From Candidatus Latescibacterota bacterium (GTDB taxonomy: Bacteria; Krumholzibacteriota; Krumholzibacteriia; WVZY01; JAKEHA01): 64,000 nt of DNA. The position numbers and the translations under genes were made by a program. The notes beneath the pieces were generated by a model, which was given only the letters and a program-made list of their open reading frames with translations, did not search any database and was not told where the DNA came from. Numbering within the stretch: the stretch's first letter is position 1; every line of letters starts with the position of its first letter. This document shows positions 21,013 through 30,636 of this stretch, piece after piece. Where the stretch lies: positions 3,139,432 to 3,203,431 of the forward strand of contig OY970173.1 in NCBI GenBank assembly GCA_963707635.1, written 5' to 3'.

Positions 21013-22335
21013 TTACATGCCGTCGAGGGCCCGCGCGAGCTTCGCCGTCAGCTCGCGCCGTTCGTACGCGTTCGCGGCGTCACTGCGCCGTGCAACCGCC
21101 GTACCAGCCGCCCACGCCTCGTACAACTCTTCGATCGCCCGCGACGCGCCGCCGACGTCGTCGGGCCCGACGCATACCCCCGCCTTCGTTTCGCGCAGGA
21201 TCTCGCGGACTTCGCCCTCGGGCGCCAGGGCCAGGATCGGATTGCCCGTCCCCAGGTACTGGTAGAACTTCGACGGGACCCACCCCCGGCTCTTCTCGCC
21301 GCGCGAGAGGACGAGCAGCAGCACATCCGAGTTCTTCAACACGCGCAGGTGCTCGTCGTAGCCGATGTAGCCGAGCCGTTCGACGACGCTGTCGAGGCCG
21401 CGCTCATGGATAATCGGGTCGTACCCGTGGCCGAGCACGCCCATGAACCGCACCCGCGTGTTCGCCTTTACCTCCGGGCGGCGCGCGAAGAACGCCTCCA
21501 GCGCCTCGAAGAAATACAACGGCGAGTACGTCTTCATGACCTCGTCGCCCGCGCCGCCGGTGAAGTTCGAGCCGATACTGTAGTAGAACGCGCCCGCGTA
21601 GGTAATTGTGAATTTCTCGTTCCGGGTCCGCGGGATGGGGTCGAAATCCTCGGCGTCGAAGCCGTTATGGATGGCGATGAACTTCTCTCGCGGCTGACCG
21701 CCCCCGAACTCGTCCGCCATGCGGGTGTCGTTGAAGCGCGTGTTGGAGATGACGAGGTCACTTCGCCGGGCCACCCACGCCTCCAGCCGCCGGTCGACGC
21801 TGCGCCGGAGGCCCGTCCCGCGCGCGTAGTCGAGATTCTGGGTCCACGGATCGCGGTAGTCGATCGCCACCCGCACGCCCCGGGAACGCTTCAGGAGGGC
21901 GCCGATCAGGAAAGACGAGAACGGGCTGCCAGAGATGTAGACGTGATGGATCCCGTGCTCGCGGATCAGCCGGCGCGCCGCACGCAATGCCGATGGCACC
22001 CAGCCGAGGCGGGTGTCCGGGAGCGCGAACCAGTTCCACACCAGATAGACGCGGGTCTGGATACGGGATGAAAGTGTCCTGGTAGAGGATGTTTCCTGGG
22101 GTCGATCGAACCCTTCGTTGAACCGTTCGAACGAGCGGCTCCGGACCACCTTCGTGCCCGCCGGCACCAGCTCCAAGAGCGACGGGTCGAAGGTTGGATA
22201 CTTCCCGTTGGAAGCGGTCAGCACGACGGGTTCCCATCCGAGTTCCGGCAGATACTTGATGAACTTGAGCGTCCGATACACGCCGACCGCACCGGCGGGG
22301 GGAAAGAAGTACGCGATGACGAGTAGTTTCTTCAC
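21013..22335 (-). CDS. Glycosyltransferase, GT4-like
   Basis: GTG start (VKKLLVIAYFFPP), DYRDPW, IHNGFD, PSKFYQYL..G.PIL. Confidence 0.85.
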   Translation of the reverse strand: MKKLLVIAYFFPPAGAVGVYRTLKFIKYLPELGWEPVVLTASNGKYPTFDPSLLELVPAGTKVVRSRSFERFNEGFDRPQETSSTRTLSSRIQTRVYLVWNWFALPDTRLGWVPSALRAARRLIREHGIHHVYISGSPFSSFLIGALLKRSRGVRVAIDYRDPWTQNLDYARGTGLRRSVDRRLEAWVARRSDLVISNTRFNDTRMADEFGGGQPREKFIAIHNGFDAEDFDPIPRTRNEKFTITYAGAFYYSIGSNFTGGAGDEVMKTYSPLYFFEALEAFFARRPEVKANTRVRFMGVLGHGYDPIIHERGLDSVVERLGYIGYDEHLRVLKNSDVLLLVLSRGEKSRGWVPSKFYQYLGTGNPILALAPEGEVREILRETKAGVCVGPDDVGGASRAIEELYEAWAAGTAVARRSDAANAYERRELTAKLARALDGM

Positions 22336-24533
22336 GACCGCCCCCGGGACAGCTCGTCCAGCCAGTCCATCGAGGACGACGCGACGGATGCGTTCGTCGG
22401 GGGCCGCTTCCCGGGCCCGACGATCACCCGTCCGCCAACCACGATCGAGAGCGGGTCCAGGCGGATGGCCACGATGCGACGGCGGCCGGGCGACTCGACG
22501 GCGCACGCGATTTCCGAGGGACCCATTCGGATCGGCTCGACCGTCTCCTCGGGCGCGCGCAGCACCGACACCATCGCGAAGCCGTCGTCGAATTCCACGC
22601 TGACCCGCAGGGTCGCGCCGCGTTGGAGATCGCCGTGCCAGCGCGAGTACTGCGAGGCGATGTGGTCGGCGTCGATGATCTCTACGCGAACGGGGCGCTC
22701 GCCGAACGCTTCGAACACGCGCACGAAGCGGGCCGCGTCCGTCATGCGTACGCGCTCCCCTTCCACCAGGACGGCGCCCGGGGCGAGCGGGGTGTGAAAC
22801 ATCGCGGCCGCCCAGTGCGAACCCGCGCTGCCCCGCAGCTGGAGCGCGTCTGCGACCAGGAGCGTCGCCCCCACCTTGACCAGCGCCCGCGTGTGCAGGA
22901 ACGCCGCGCCGCCGGTGCCGGGCAGGCTCCGCCGCGACGCCGCGGCAGCAACGTCGCCCTCCACGCCGAAGCCGAGCGGCTCGTCGCTCGCCACCGTTTC
23001 CCACTGGAACGTGTCCACGGGCTTCATCGATTCCACTCCGTCCACCCGCAGCGTGTTGTGGGCGTTCGCGCCCCGGAAATGATCACGCGCCACGGGATCC
23101 CGGTAGTACAGATACGTGCCCGAGTCGATGAACAGGGGCACGCCATCGAGCTCGAGCTCGAACCCGCCCGCGTCCGCGTGCAGGTGCCCATTTGAGAAGA
23201 GCCGCCGGTGCTGCGGTCCGTGCGTGACCACGAGGTGCGAGGCCGCATCCCTCGCCACGTCGATGCCCGCGTCGAAGAAACGGCGCGAATGAACGAGCGG
23301 TGCGCGCACCGCGAGCAGCTCGCGTCCCCACGCCGTACCGGCCAGCACACGCGCGTGCGCCGGGCGGAGCATGTCCGCGAACACGATCCCTTCCTCCGCG
23401 ATTCGCGGTGCGTCCGTCCACCCGCGCAGCACGAAGAAATCGGTGATGCTGTCGTCGCCGATCATGGGCATGCGCCCGGACGGGGCGACCATCGCGAGGA
23501 GCACTTCCGCCATCGCGCGCGCGCCGCCCAAAACGACCGGGTGCGGCGCCTCGCCCCGCAGCGCCTTCGCGTGCAGGTACAGGAGGAAGAAATCCAGCGT
23601 GTAGCACTGATAGTTGACCGCGTTCTCGTACTGGAATCCGTCCTTCAGGATCTGCTTTTCGGCCTGGCTGGCGAGCACCGCTTCGGCGCGGCGCATCCAC
23701 TCGGGCGCGTCCTTCAGGATCGGCCAGTAGGCCGCGAACGCAAACAGCATCGCCGCCTCGCCGATCAGGTGGTTGTTCGGCACATCCCGCTGCGAGAAGT
23801 GCGCCAGCAGGTGGTCCGCCTGGCGGAGCGCCATGCGGATGATGCGCTCGCACGCAGCGTCGTCGGGCGGCGGCGCGTCGGCGAGGGCCGCGAGCGTCGT
23901 GCTCCACGCGACCAGCCGCGTGCCCGCTTCGAGCGGACTGCCCCAGTTCGCACCGACCAGGTACGGGTTCGCCGCGCACCACGAATCCATCAGACCGCAC
24001 GCGTCGCGCGCGAAGGCGGCCTCCCCCGTGGCCCGATAGGCGGCGGCGTAGTCGGCGAGGAATCGCATCTGGTTGAGGCGCCAGAGCACGTCGATGTCGG
24101 ACCCTTCGAGCTGATAGGAAATGGTCTCGACGTAGTGGCGCGGCCACGTCACGTGGAAGAACGGATCCTGGTGCCAGTCGGTCGCGGGCGAGACACGGAC
24201 GCGGCGCTTCAGGATCTCGACGTCTCCGTGGCGCACGCGCTCGAGTGCGGCGGCGTCCAGGGGCGGCGGATCCCGCCATAACTCCGCAGGCGTCGACCGA
24301 AGATGGGCTGCCCACATTCGGGCGAAGCCGCTTGCGCTGCCGAGGTCCACCCCGGCGGCGGGTATGAGCCTCGCGCTGATCTCGGCGCGGCCCAGTTCGG
24401 GGCGCAGGCGCTCGTAGTAGAAGCGTCGCCAGCGGCGTATCGCCGCCTGGCGGACTCTCACCGGGAGGTTGGGGCGTGGCAATGGGGAGCCTCGGCAATG
24501 CGGAGATGGGCGTACGACTCGATGCCTGGGCAT
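22332..24533 (-). CDS. Heparinase II/III family (alginate lyase-like) protein; start uncertain
   Basis: DWHQDP, W.LNQM, ANP...GANW, NNHLIGE, PMIGDD, HLHADA, DSGTYLY, AHNTLRVDG. Confidence 0.82.
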   Translation of the reverse strand: MPRHRVVRPSPHCRGSPLPRPNLPVRVRQAAIRRWRRFYYERLRPELGRAEISARLIPAAGVDLGSASGFARMWAAHLRSTPAELWRDPPPLDAAALERVRHGDVEILKRRVRVSPATDWHQDPFFHVTWPRHYVETISYQLEGSDIDVLWRLNQMRFLADYAAAYRATGEAAFARDACGLMDSWCAANPYLVGANWGSPLEAGTRLVAWSTTLAALADAPPPDDAACERIIRMALRQADHLLAHFSQRDVPNNHLIGEAAMLFAFAAYWPILKDAPEWMRRAEAVLASQAEKQILKDGFQYENAVNYQCYTLDFFLLYLHAKALRGEAPHPVVLGGARAMAEVLLAMVAPSGRMPMIGDDSITDFFVLRGWTDAPRIAEEGIVFADMLRPAHARVLAGTAWGRELLAVRAPLVHSRRFFDAGIDVARDAASHLVVTHGPQHRRLFSNGHLHADAGGFELELDGVPLFIDSGTYLYYRDPVARDHFRGANAHNTLRVDGVESMKPVDTFQWETVASDEPLGFGVEGDVAAAASRRSLPGTGGAAFLHTRALVKVGATLLVADALQLRGSAGSHWAAAMFHTPLAPGAVLVEGERVRMTDAARFVRVFEAFGERPVRVEIIDADHIASQYSRWHGDLQRGATLRVSVEFDDGFAMVSVLRAPEETVEPIRMGPSEIACAVESPGRRRIVAIRLDPLSIVVGGRVIVGPGKRPPTNASVASSSMDWLDELSRGRS

Positions 24534-24583
24534 CAAGAATATCAGCCACGGGCACCGGGACGCAACCGTAAAGGATTGCCCCC

Positions 24584-24620
24584 AAAACAGAAGCGGCCCG
24601 CGCTTGACGCGGGCCGCTTC
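24584..24620 (-). terminator. Rho-independent terminator
   Basis: 13-bp stem GAAGCGGCCCGCG/CGCGGGCCGCTTC followed by TGTTTT on the minus strand, just after the stop at 24646. Confidence 0.75.
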
Positions 24621-24645
24621 CAACCTGCGTGGCCCGGGCTTCGGC

Positions 24646-25512
24646 TCAGTGACTGATGCGGGCGTCCCAGGCCGTGATCACGCGGTGCATCTCCCGGCCC
24701 GTTTTCGCCTTCGCCAGCACCTGCAGGAACTCCGGCGTCGAGCACAGGCGCGCGATTCGCGCCAGGATCGGCAGGTGGTGCTCGGTGTTCCCTTCCCGTC
24801 CGATGAGGAAGAACACCGTCTTCACCTTGTCCGCTTCGGTCGGTCCGTACGGAATCGGACGCTGCAGGAGCAACGCCCCGATGGTCGGACGGTCCAGGCC
24901 GGGCACGAAGGCGTGCGGGATGCCGACGCCACCGCCGACGCTGGTCGGCGCCTGCTGCTCGCGCTTCTCGAGGCGCTCGAGCAGCGCCTCGGCGGACACG
25001 TTCTTGTTCTTCTTCGTCACTTCTTTGACGAAGCGCTGGAACAGCCGTTCCTTGTTCTGCACCGCCACCCCCGCATGACACAGCGCCACGTCCAGATACT
25101 CGTCCAGCGTGTGACTGATGGCGCCCGATTTCTTCTTCGCCGCCGTGGACTTGAGCACGCCGGTGCGGCGCTTCTTGTCGGCGACGATCTCACGCAGCTG
25201 CGTGAAGTCCTGAGCGAGCATGCCGCTGCGCATCGCGGTGAGCATGAACTCCGCGGCTTCCGGCGTCTCGCTCATGAATTTCATCAGGTCCGGGTGCAGC
25301 GTGCGCGCCGTCCCCAGCAGATAGCCCTCCGAAACCCCCAGCATCTCGGCCACCTGCACGATGCGGGCCCGCGGAATCTTGTGCTGGCGGCCCGCCTCGA
25401 TCTGACTCAAAAACGCGGGCGACACGCCCAACTGCCTCGCCAGCTCCCGCAGCGAAATGCCCTTCGCCTGGCGCAGCAGTCTGATGGTCGGCCCGAATGC
25501 GATTCCTTGCAT
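24646..25512 (-). CDS. XRE-family HTH regulator fused to a PTS EIIA (Ntr/Fru-type) domain
   Basis: N-terminal 'LRQAKGISLRELARQLGVSPAFLSQIEAG'. C-terminal 'REQQAPTSVGGGVGIPHA' with the phospho-acceptor His motif, and 'HLPILARIARL'. Confidence 0.85.
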   Translation of the reverse strand: MQGIAFGPTIRLLRQAKGISLRELARQLGVSPAFLSQIEAGRQHKIPRARIVQVAEMLGVSEGYLLGTARTLHPDLMKFMSETPEAAEFMLTAMRSGMLAQDFTQLREIVADKKRRTGVLKSTAAKKKSGAISHTLDEYLDVALCHAGVAVQNKERLFQRFVKEVTKKNKNVSAEALLERLEKREQQAPTSVGGGVGIPHAFVPGLDRPTIGALLLQRPIPYGPTEADKVKTVFFLIGREGNTEHHLPILARIARLCSTPEFLQVLAKAKTGREMHRVITAWDARISH

Positions 25513-25550
25513 GACTCAAACCCCTTCCTTGGTTGCTAACGACGATGATG

Positions 25551-25579
25551 AATGTAAACTAGATGATTAAATTCGTCAA
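25551..25579 (-). promoter_or_regulatory. Sigma-70-type promoter of the XRE-EIIA gene
   Basis: TTGACG-17 bp-TACATT on the minus strand, with an AT-rich imperfect palindrome in the spacer. Confidence 0.65.
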
Positions 25580-25592
25580 CGAAATTTCGGCG

Positions 25593-26832
25593 CTACCGGT
25601 CCTGCAGCGCCACGTGGGCGAAGATTTTGGCGTCGGCCAGCTGGTGGGATATACGCGCGTGTTCATCCGGCCGGTGCGCCTGTTCGTCGAGCGTGGCCCA
25701 CACCACGCACGGGAACCCGGCCTCGCGCAGGTACTTGGCCACGGTGCCGCCGCCGATGCCGATGGTCTTGGGCTGCTTGCTGGCGCAACTCCTTGACCGC
25801 CCGGGTGATGGCGGTCGCCACCGCGCAGTCGGCCGGGGTCGGCGGAGCGGCGATCTCCCGCTGCATGAAGGTCATCTCGATCTTCACGCGGAACTTCTTC
25901 TCGGTCTCCTTGACCAGCATCTTGATGTGGCGCGTCACGTCGTCGACCTTGTAGGCCGGCAGAATCCGGCAGTCGAAGTAGATCACGTCTTCGCCCGGGA
26001 TGGTGTTGATGTTGGGCACGTTCGCTTCCTTCTTGGTCGGCTCGAAAGTCGAGTTGGACGGATGGAAGAGCGGGTCGCGCTTACGGAACTTCTGGTACAG
26101 CGACTCCATACGCACGGTGAGGTACGCCGCCGCCTTGTGGGCGTTGATCCCGGTCGCGGGGGTGGAGCCGTGCGTCTGCTTGCCCTTGGTGCGGAAGCGG
26201 ATCCACAGGATGCTCTTCTCCGCCACCTCGATCTCGGTGCCGTGCTCGTTGCCCGAGTCGGGGATAATGATCAGGTCGTCCTTGCGGAACAGGTCGCGGT
26301 GCTGCTTGAGCAGGAATATCAGCCCGTGCGTGCTGGCGGTCTCTTCGTCGGCCACGAATGCGAGCGCGAGCGGGAGCTTCGGCGTCACGCGGGCGTCGAT
26401 GAACGCCTTCGCCGTCATGACCGCAGAGGTCAGCCCGCCCTGGTTGTCCTCGACGCCGCGCGCGGTCATCACGTCCCCGTCGGTGCGAACCACCCACGGG
26501 TCGCCGGTCCACAGCGAGAGGTCGCCGGGCGGGACCACGTCGGTGTGCGCGATGATCCACAGCCGCGGCCCGCTCGACGTCGCGGGATAGTAGGTGACCA
26601 GGTTTGGACGCCGGCCGCTGGGCACGCGCGGATCGGGCGAATCGTACTGGGTGACCTTGAGCCCGAGCGATTCGAGGTAGGACTTGAGGAATGCGGCTTT
26701 TTCCACTTCGCCGATTCCGCCGCTGGTCGGGTCCAGCGCGGGGCGCTTGCAGAGTTCGGTTTGCAGGCGGATGACGTCGTCGCGATAGCCGTCGATGCGC
26801 GCGACGACCGCGGAAAGCGCGTTCTTGTCCAT
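25593..26832 (-). CDS. M20 family metallo-hydrolase (ArgE/DapE-like; frameshift near 25782)
   Basis: AHTDVVP, RGVEDN, DEET, HGSTP, NINTIPG. The shifted frame gives GIGGGTVA...AHRPDE and a stop at 25593. Confidence 0.85.
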
Positions 26833-26950
26833 CAACACTCCAGCGTATCAGCAGCTGTGCTTTGAAGTCGAAATACTGGTTCGCGGGCGATCCAGCGGGT
26901 TCCTCCGGGGGGCCACCTCCACCACTCTCCCACCGTGGTCGCGAGTCCGG

Positions 26951-26979
26951 AAGATACCCCGCCGCGGCCGGGGAGTCAA
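26951..26979 (-). promoter_or_regulatory. Sigma-70-type promoter of the M20 gene
   Basis: TTGACT-17 bp-TATCTT on the minus strand. Confidence 0.55.
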
Positions 26980-26983
26980 CCGT

Positions 26984-27514
26984 TTACCATCCTGAAAAGA
27001 AGCCGGCGCCGTACACGATCTCCCCGCCGTAGCAGGCGGCGACCAGGGCGGAGGCAACCGCCAGTAGGAGTACGATCCGGTAGAGAAACAGTTCCCAGAT
27101 TTGTCCGCTGCGCCGTACTCCGGCGGCGAGGCTGGCCGCGAGCACGGCCAGAACCGCCACCACGATGCCCGCGATGCGGTGGATCGCGAACGCGTCCTCT
27201 GCCGACGGCGGAATCGTGATCGCACTCGCGCGGGCAAACCCGGCCAGCGCCGCCGGCGCGGCCATCCAGGCCGCCGCCGTCACCATGAAACGCGCGGCGT
27301 CGGCGAAATAGCCCTCGCGGCGGATGATACAGAGCAGCTCCGCGACGGCGGCCATCACCAGCAGAGCGACCGGGAAGTGGACGAGGGCGGGGTGCAATCG
27401 GCCCACCGCATCCAGGAAGCCGGACGGCGGCGCGGCGCCTTCCCCCGCCGCCGCGAAAGCGGCGACGGCCAGCGGAGCCGACAGGAGTCCCAGGCATGCG
27501 AACGTCCTACGCAT
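26984..27514 (-). CDS. DUF2231-like membrane protein
   Basis: HPALVHFPVALL, several TM helices, conserved His, GGEIVYG. Confidence 0.75.
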   Translation of the reverse strand: MRRTFACLGLLSAPLAVAAFAAAGEGAAPPSGFLDAVGRLHPALVHFPVALLVMAAVAELLCIIRREGYFADAARFMVTAAAWMAAPAALAGFARASAITIPPSAEDAFAIHRIAGIVVAVLAVLAASLAAGVRRSGQIWELFLYRIVLLLAVASALVAACYGGEIVYGAGFFSGW

Positions 27515-28237
27515 CGATGATCCCTTCGAACAGGCTCGACGTCACACGCGCGACGGGCGCTGCGCGCGCGCGACGCAGCGCGAAGTGTTCCGGGGTCGCG
27601 ACCTCCCGGTAGTCGAACTTCGCCTGCAGGCTCAAGAAGAAGTCGTACTGCGTCTCGTGCGCGCGTATCGCGGCGAGCTTGCGGTCCATCGCCTCGCCAC
27701 GCGATCGGCACCCGCGCCGCCACTTCATGATCCGCGAGCGGATCCAGATTCGGCCGCTGGTAGAGCGGCGCCTTGCTGGCCGGAATGCCCCATTCGTAGG
27801 AGCGGGCGGGCCCGGCCGTCGCCCGCTTCCTCGCACGCGCGTTCGAGAAGATTCGCCACCGCGACGTGATCCGGATGCCCCGACACCCCGCGGTGATGAA
27901 ACGTCAGCACGACCTGCGGCCGGTAACGACGCACATCGGCCAGAATCTCCTTCACCGCCCACGCGGGGTCCACGCCGGCCACGCCTCGATCCGGCGCGCC
28001 CAGGATGCGATGCTCCGCCACGCCGAGTTCCCGGCACGCGGCGGCCAGCTCGAGGCGTCGTCGTCGCGCCAGCTCATCCGGCGCGAGCGACTTCGAAACA
28101 CCGATCGTTCCCGCTTCCCCAGCGGTGAACGTCGTCACGAACACATCTACGCCGTCGAGCACGCACTGCGCGATGGTCCCTCCGGGACCGTAGCATTCAT
28201 CGTCGGGGTGGGCAAACACGCACAGGAGGCGGCTCAT
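27507..28237 (-). CDS. PIG-L/LmbE family N-acetyl deacetylase (BshB/MshB-like; frameshifted at ~27700-27830)
   Basis: AHPDDE, TAGEAG, GHPDH. The C-terminal 'KLAAIRAHETQ' lies in another frame. Confidence 0.8.
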
Positions 28238-28247
28238 GGGTGCAGCG

Positions 28248-28309
28248 AAAGTAGCGTCGCGGCACGCCGGAGTCAACGGTTGCGTCGCGTGCGCCGCGTG
28301 ATCGATAAT
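28248..28309. promoter_or_regulatory. Divergent sigma-70-type promoters
   Basis: Minus strand TTGACT-17-TACTTT (28276-28248). Plus strand TTGCGT-18-GATAAT (28280-28309). Confidence 0.5.
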
Positions 28310-28349
28310 TGCTGGATGGCCGGTGCCTCGCGCGCCGGTCGAACGAACC

Positions 28350-30569
28350 ATGCGCATCCTCCACCGCTACCTGTACTGGCTCCACACCCAATGGCCCGCG
28401 GGGCGCGTCGAGAAACTCCCCGTCGCGGGCGATGACGGCTCCACCAACATCCCCGGCCTGTACATCACCGGTGACCTCCTCGGCATACCGCTGCTCAAGT
28501 TCGCGGCGGACAGCGGTGCCCGGGTGGTCCACACGATCTGCGCGGACAAGGCGTTCAACGCGGAGCGGTCAACGGGCACGCAGGACCCGGGCGTGGTCGA
28601 TCTGGCGATCGTCGGCGGCGGCGTCTCGGGCATCGCCGCGGCGATCGAAGCGCACGCGCGCGGGCTGTCGTTCCGACTCTTCGAAGCGAGCGAGCTGTTC
28701 GCGACCATCGCCAATTTCCCCAAACAGAAACCGATCTACACCTACCCGCGCGACATGAAACCGGCCGGCGCGCTGCAAGTGACCGCGGATGTGAAGGAGG
28801 CCCTGTTCGAGGAGCTTGCCGGGCAGGCGCGCAGCGCCGGCATCCAGGCGGAGACGGCCCGCGCGGAACGCGTGCAGCCGCGCGGCGGCGTGCTGGAGGT
28901 GACACTTGCCGGCGGCGAAGTGGTGCGCGCGCGACGGGTCGTGTGTGCGCTCGGCCAGAGCGGAGACTTCCGGCGCCTCGGCGTCGCGGGCGAGGAGTCC
29001 GAGGACAAAGTCTTCAACCGGCTCCATGACCCCCACGACTTCGCGCGCCAGGACGTGCTCGTGGTCGGCGGCGGCGACACGGCGATCGAGACCGCGATCG
29101 CACTCGTGCGCGCGGGAGCGCGCGTGACGGTGAGCTACCGCCAGGGCACTTTCAGCCGGCCGAAGCCGGAGAATGTCGAACAGATCGACGCGTTGGCGCG
29201 CCGTCCCGGCGCCGGGTCGCTGCGCCTTCTCCTGTCGACGACGGTGAAGGAGATTCGCGCGCGGGAGGTCGATATCCAGACGCCGGAGGGCCGCGTGGAG
29301 ACCATCCCGAACGACGTGGTCTTCGTCATGATCGGGCGCGACGCGCCGCTCGACTTCTTCCGGCGCTCGGGCGTGAAGATCCGCGGCGACTGGAGCTGGA
29401 AGACGGCGGCGGGATTCGCCGCGTTCGTGGCGTTCTGCGTGGCGCTCTACAACTGGAAGGCGGGCGGGCGGCTCACTCATCTTTTCTATGAGCGCCACTG
29501 GTGGCCGGTGCCGATCGCGGATGCGGTGGCGGATCCAGCGTCGATCCTGGGCGTGATCCGGATATCGGCGTCGAGCCCGGCGTTCTGGTACACGCTCGCC
29601 TACTCGCTGGTCATTGTGGTGTTCGGCATCCGGCGCATCCGCCGTCGGCGTACTCCGTATGTGACCGCACAGACCGCCGTGCTGATGGCGATCCAGGTGC
29701 TGCCGCTGTTTCTACTCCCCGAAATCCTGCTCCCGTATCTCGGGAAGAACCACCTGCTGCCGGCGGGCCTGCTCGACGCGCTCTTTCCGGTCGCCGACTA
29801 CGGCAACGGGCGCGAGTACTGGCGCGCGTACGGGCTCATCCTCGCGTGGCCGCTCAACGTCTACAACGTCTTCACCGCGCACCCGCTCCCGTGGTGGCTC
29901 GCGATTGCATTCGTGCAGACGTGCGTGCTCATCCCGCTCGCCATTTTCTTCTGGGGCAAGGGCGCGTACTGCGGCTGGGTCTGCTCGTGCGGGGCGCTCG
30001 CGGAGACGCTCGGCGACACGCACCGAACCAAGATGCCCCACGGCCCGGCATGGAACCGCGCCAACGCATTCGGGCAGGGGGTGCTCGCGGTCGCCGTCGT
30101 CTTGCTGGCCGTCCGCATCATCGGGTGGACGCAGTCGGCGGACTCGTGGGCGAACCGTGTCTCGCCCGTTTTCCTCGAGCGCTACAAATGGATCGTCGAT
30201 GTGTTTCTGGGCGGCGTGGTCGGCTACGGCTTCTACTTCTGGTTCAGCGGGCGCGTGTGGTGCCGGTTCGCCTGCCCGCTCGCCGCCCTGATGCACGTCT
30301 ACGCGCGCTTCAGCCGCTTCGGCATCGTGGCCGCGAAAAAGAAGTGCATCTCGTGCAACGTGTGCACGTCGGTGTGCCACCAGGGCATCGACGTCATGAG
30401 CTTCGCGAACAAGGGGCTCACGATGCAGGACCCGCAGTGCGTGCGCTGCTCGGCGTGCGTACAGAGCTGCCCCACCGGCGTGCTCTCGTTCGGGCAGGTC
30501 GACCGCGGCGGGAAGGTGCTCAAGACCGACCGCCTCGCCGCCAGCCCCGTCCGCATGCGCGAGCATTAG
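28350..30569 (+). CDS. FAD/NAD(P)-dependent oxidoreductase fused to a membrane 4Fe-4S polyferredoxin domain
   Basis: IVGGGVSG (FAD), VVGGGDTAIE (NAD(P)), TM helices, YCGWVCSCG, WCRFACP, CISCNVCTSVC and CVRCSACVQSCP. Confidence 0.85.
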   Translation: MRILHRYLYWLHTQWPAGRVEKLPVAGDDGSTNIPGLYITGDLLGIPLLKFAADSGARVVHTICADKAFNAERSTGTQDPGVVDLAIVGGGVSGIAAAIEAHARGLSFRLFEASELFATIANFPKQKPIYTYPRDMKPAGALQVTADVKEALFEELAGQARSAGIQAETARAERVQPRGGVLEVTLAGGEVVRARRVVCALGQSGDFRRLGVAGEESEDKVFNRLHDPHDFARQDVLVVGGGDTAIETAIALVRAGARVTVSYRQGTFSRPKPENVEQIDALARRPGAGSLRLLLSTTVKEIRAREVDIQTPEGRVETIPNDVVFVMIGRDAPLDFFRRSGVKIRGDWSWKTAAGFAAFVAFCVALYNWKAGGRLTHLFYERHWWPVPIADAVADPASILGVIRISASSPAFWYTLAYSLVIVVFGIRRIRRRRTPYVTAQTAVLMAIQVLPLFLLPEILLPYLGKNHLLPAGLLDALFPVADYGNGREYWRAYGLILAWPLNVYNVFTAHPLPWWLAIAFVQTCVLIPLAIFFWGKGAYCGWVCSCGALAETLGDTHRTKMPHGPAWNRANAFGQGVLAVAVVLLAVRIIGWTQSADSWANRVSPVFLERYKWIVDVFLGGVVGYGFYFWFSGRVWCRFACPLAALMHVYARFSRFGIVAAKKKCISCNVCTSVCHQGIDVMSFANKGLTMQDPQCVRCSACVQSCPTGVLSFGQVDRGGKVLKTDRLAASPVRMREH

Positions 30570-30636
30570 AATTGCCGCTTTCGCGCGGCTCCGCTATGCT
30601 TTGCTACGAGAACCGGGAAACGGAGGAATACGCCCT

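Noticed and set aside
24646..25512. XRE regulator as a prophage repressor
   Set aside because: No phage, integrase or att features nearby, and it is fused to EIIA.
26833..26950. Riboswitch in the ~110-nt leader of the M20 hydrolase
   Set aside because: GGAGAG is present, but the rest of the glycine aptamer (CCGAAG, CTCTCAGG) and any terminator are missing.
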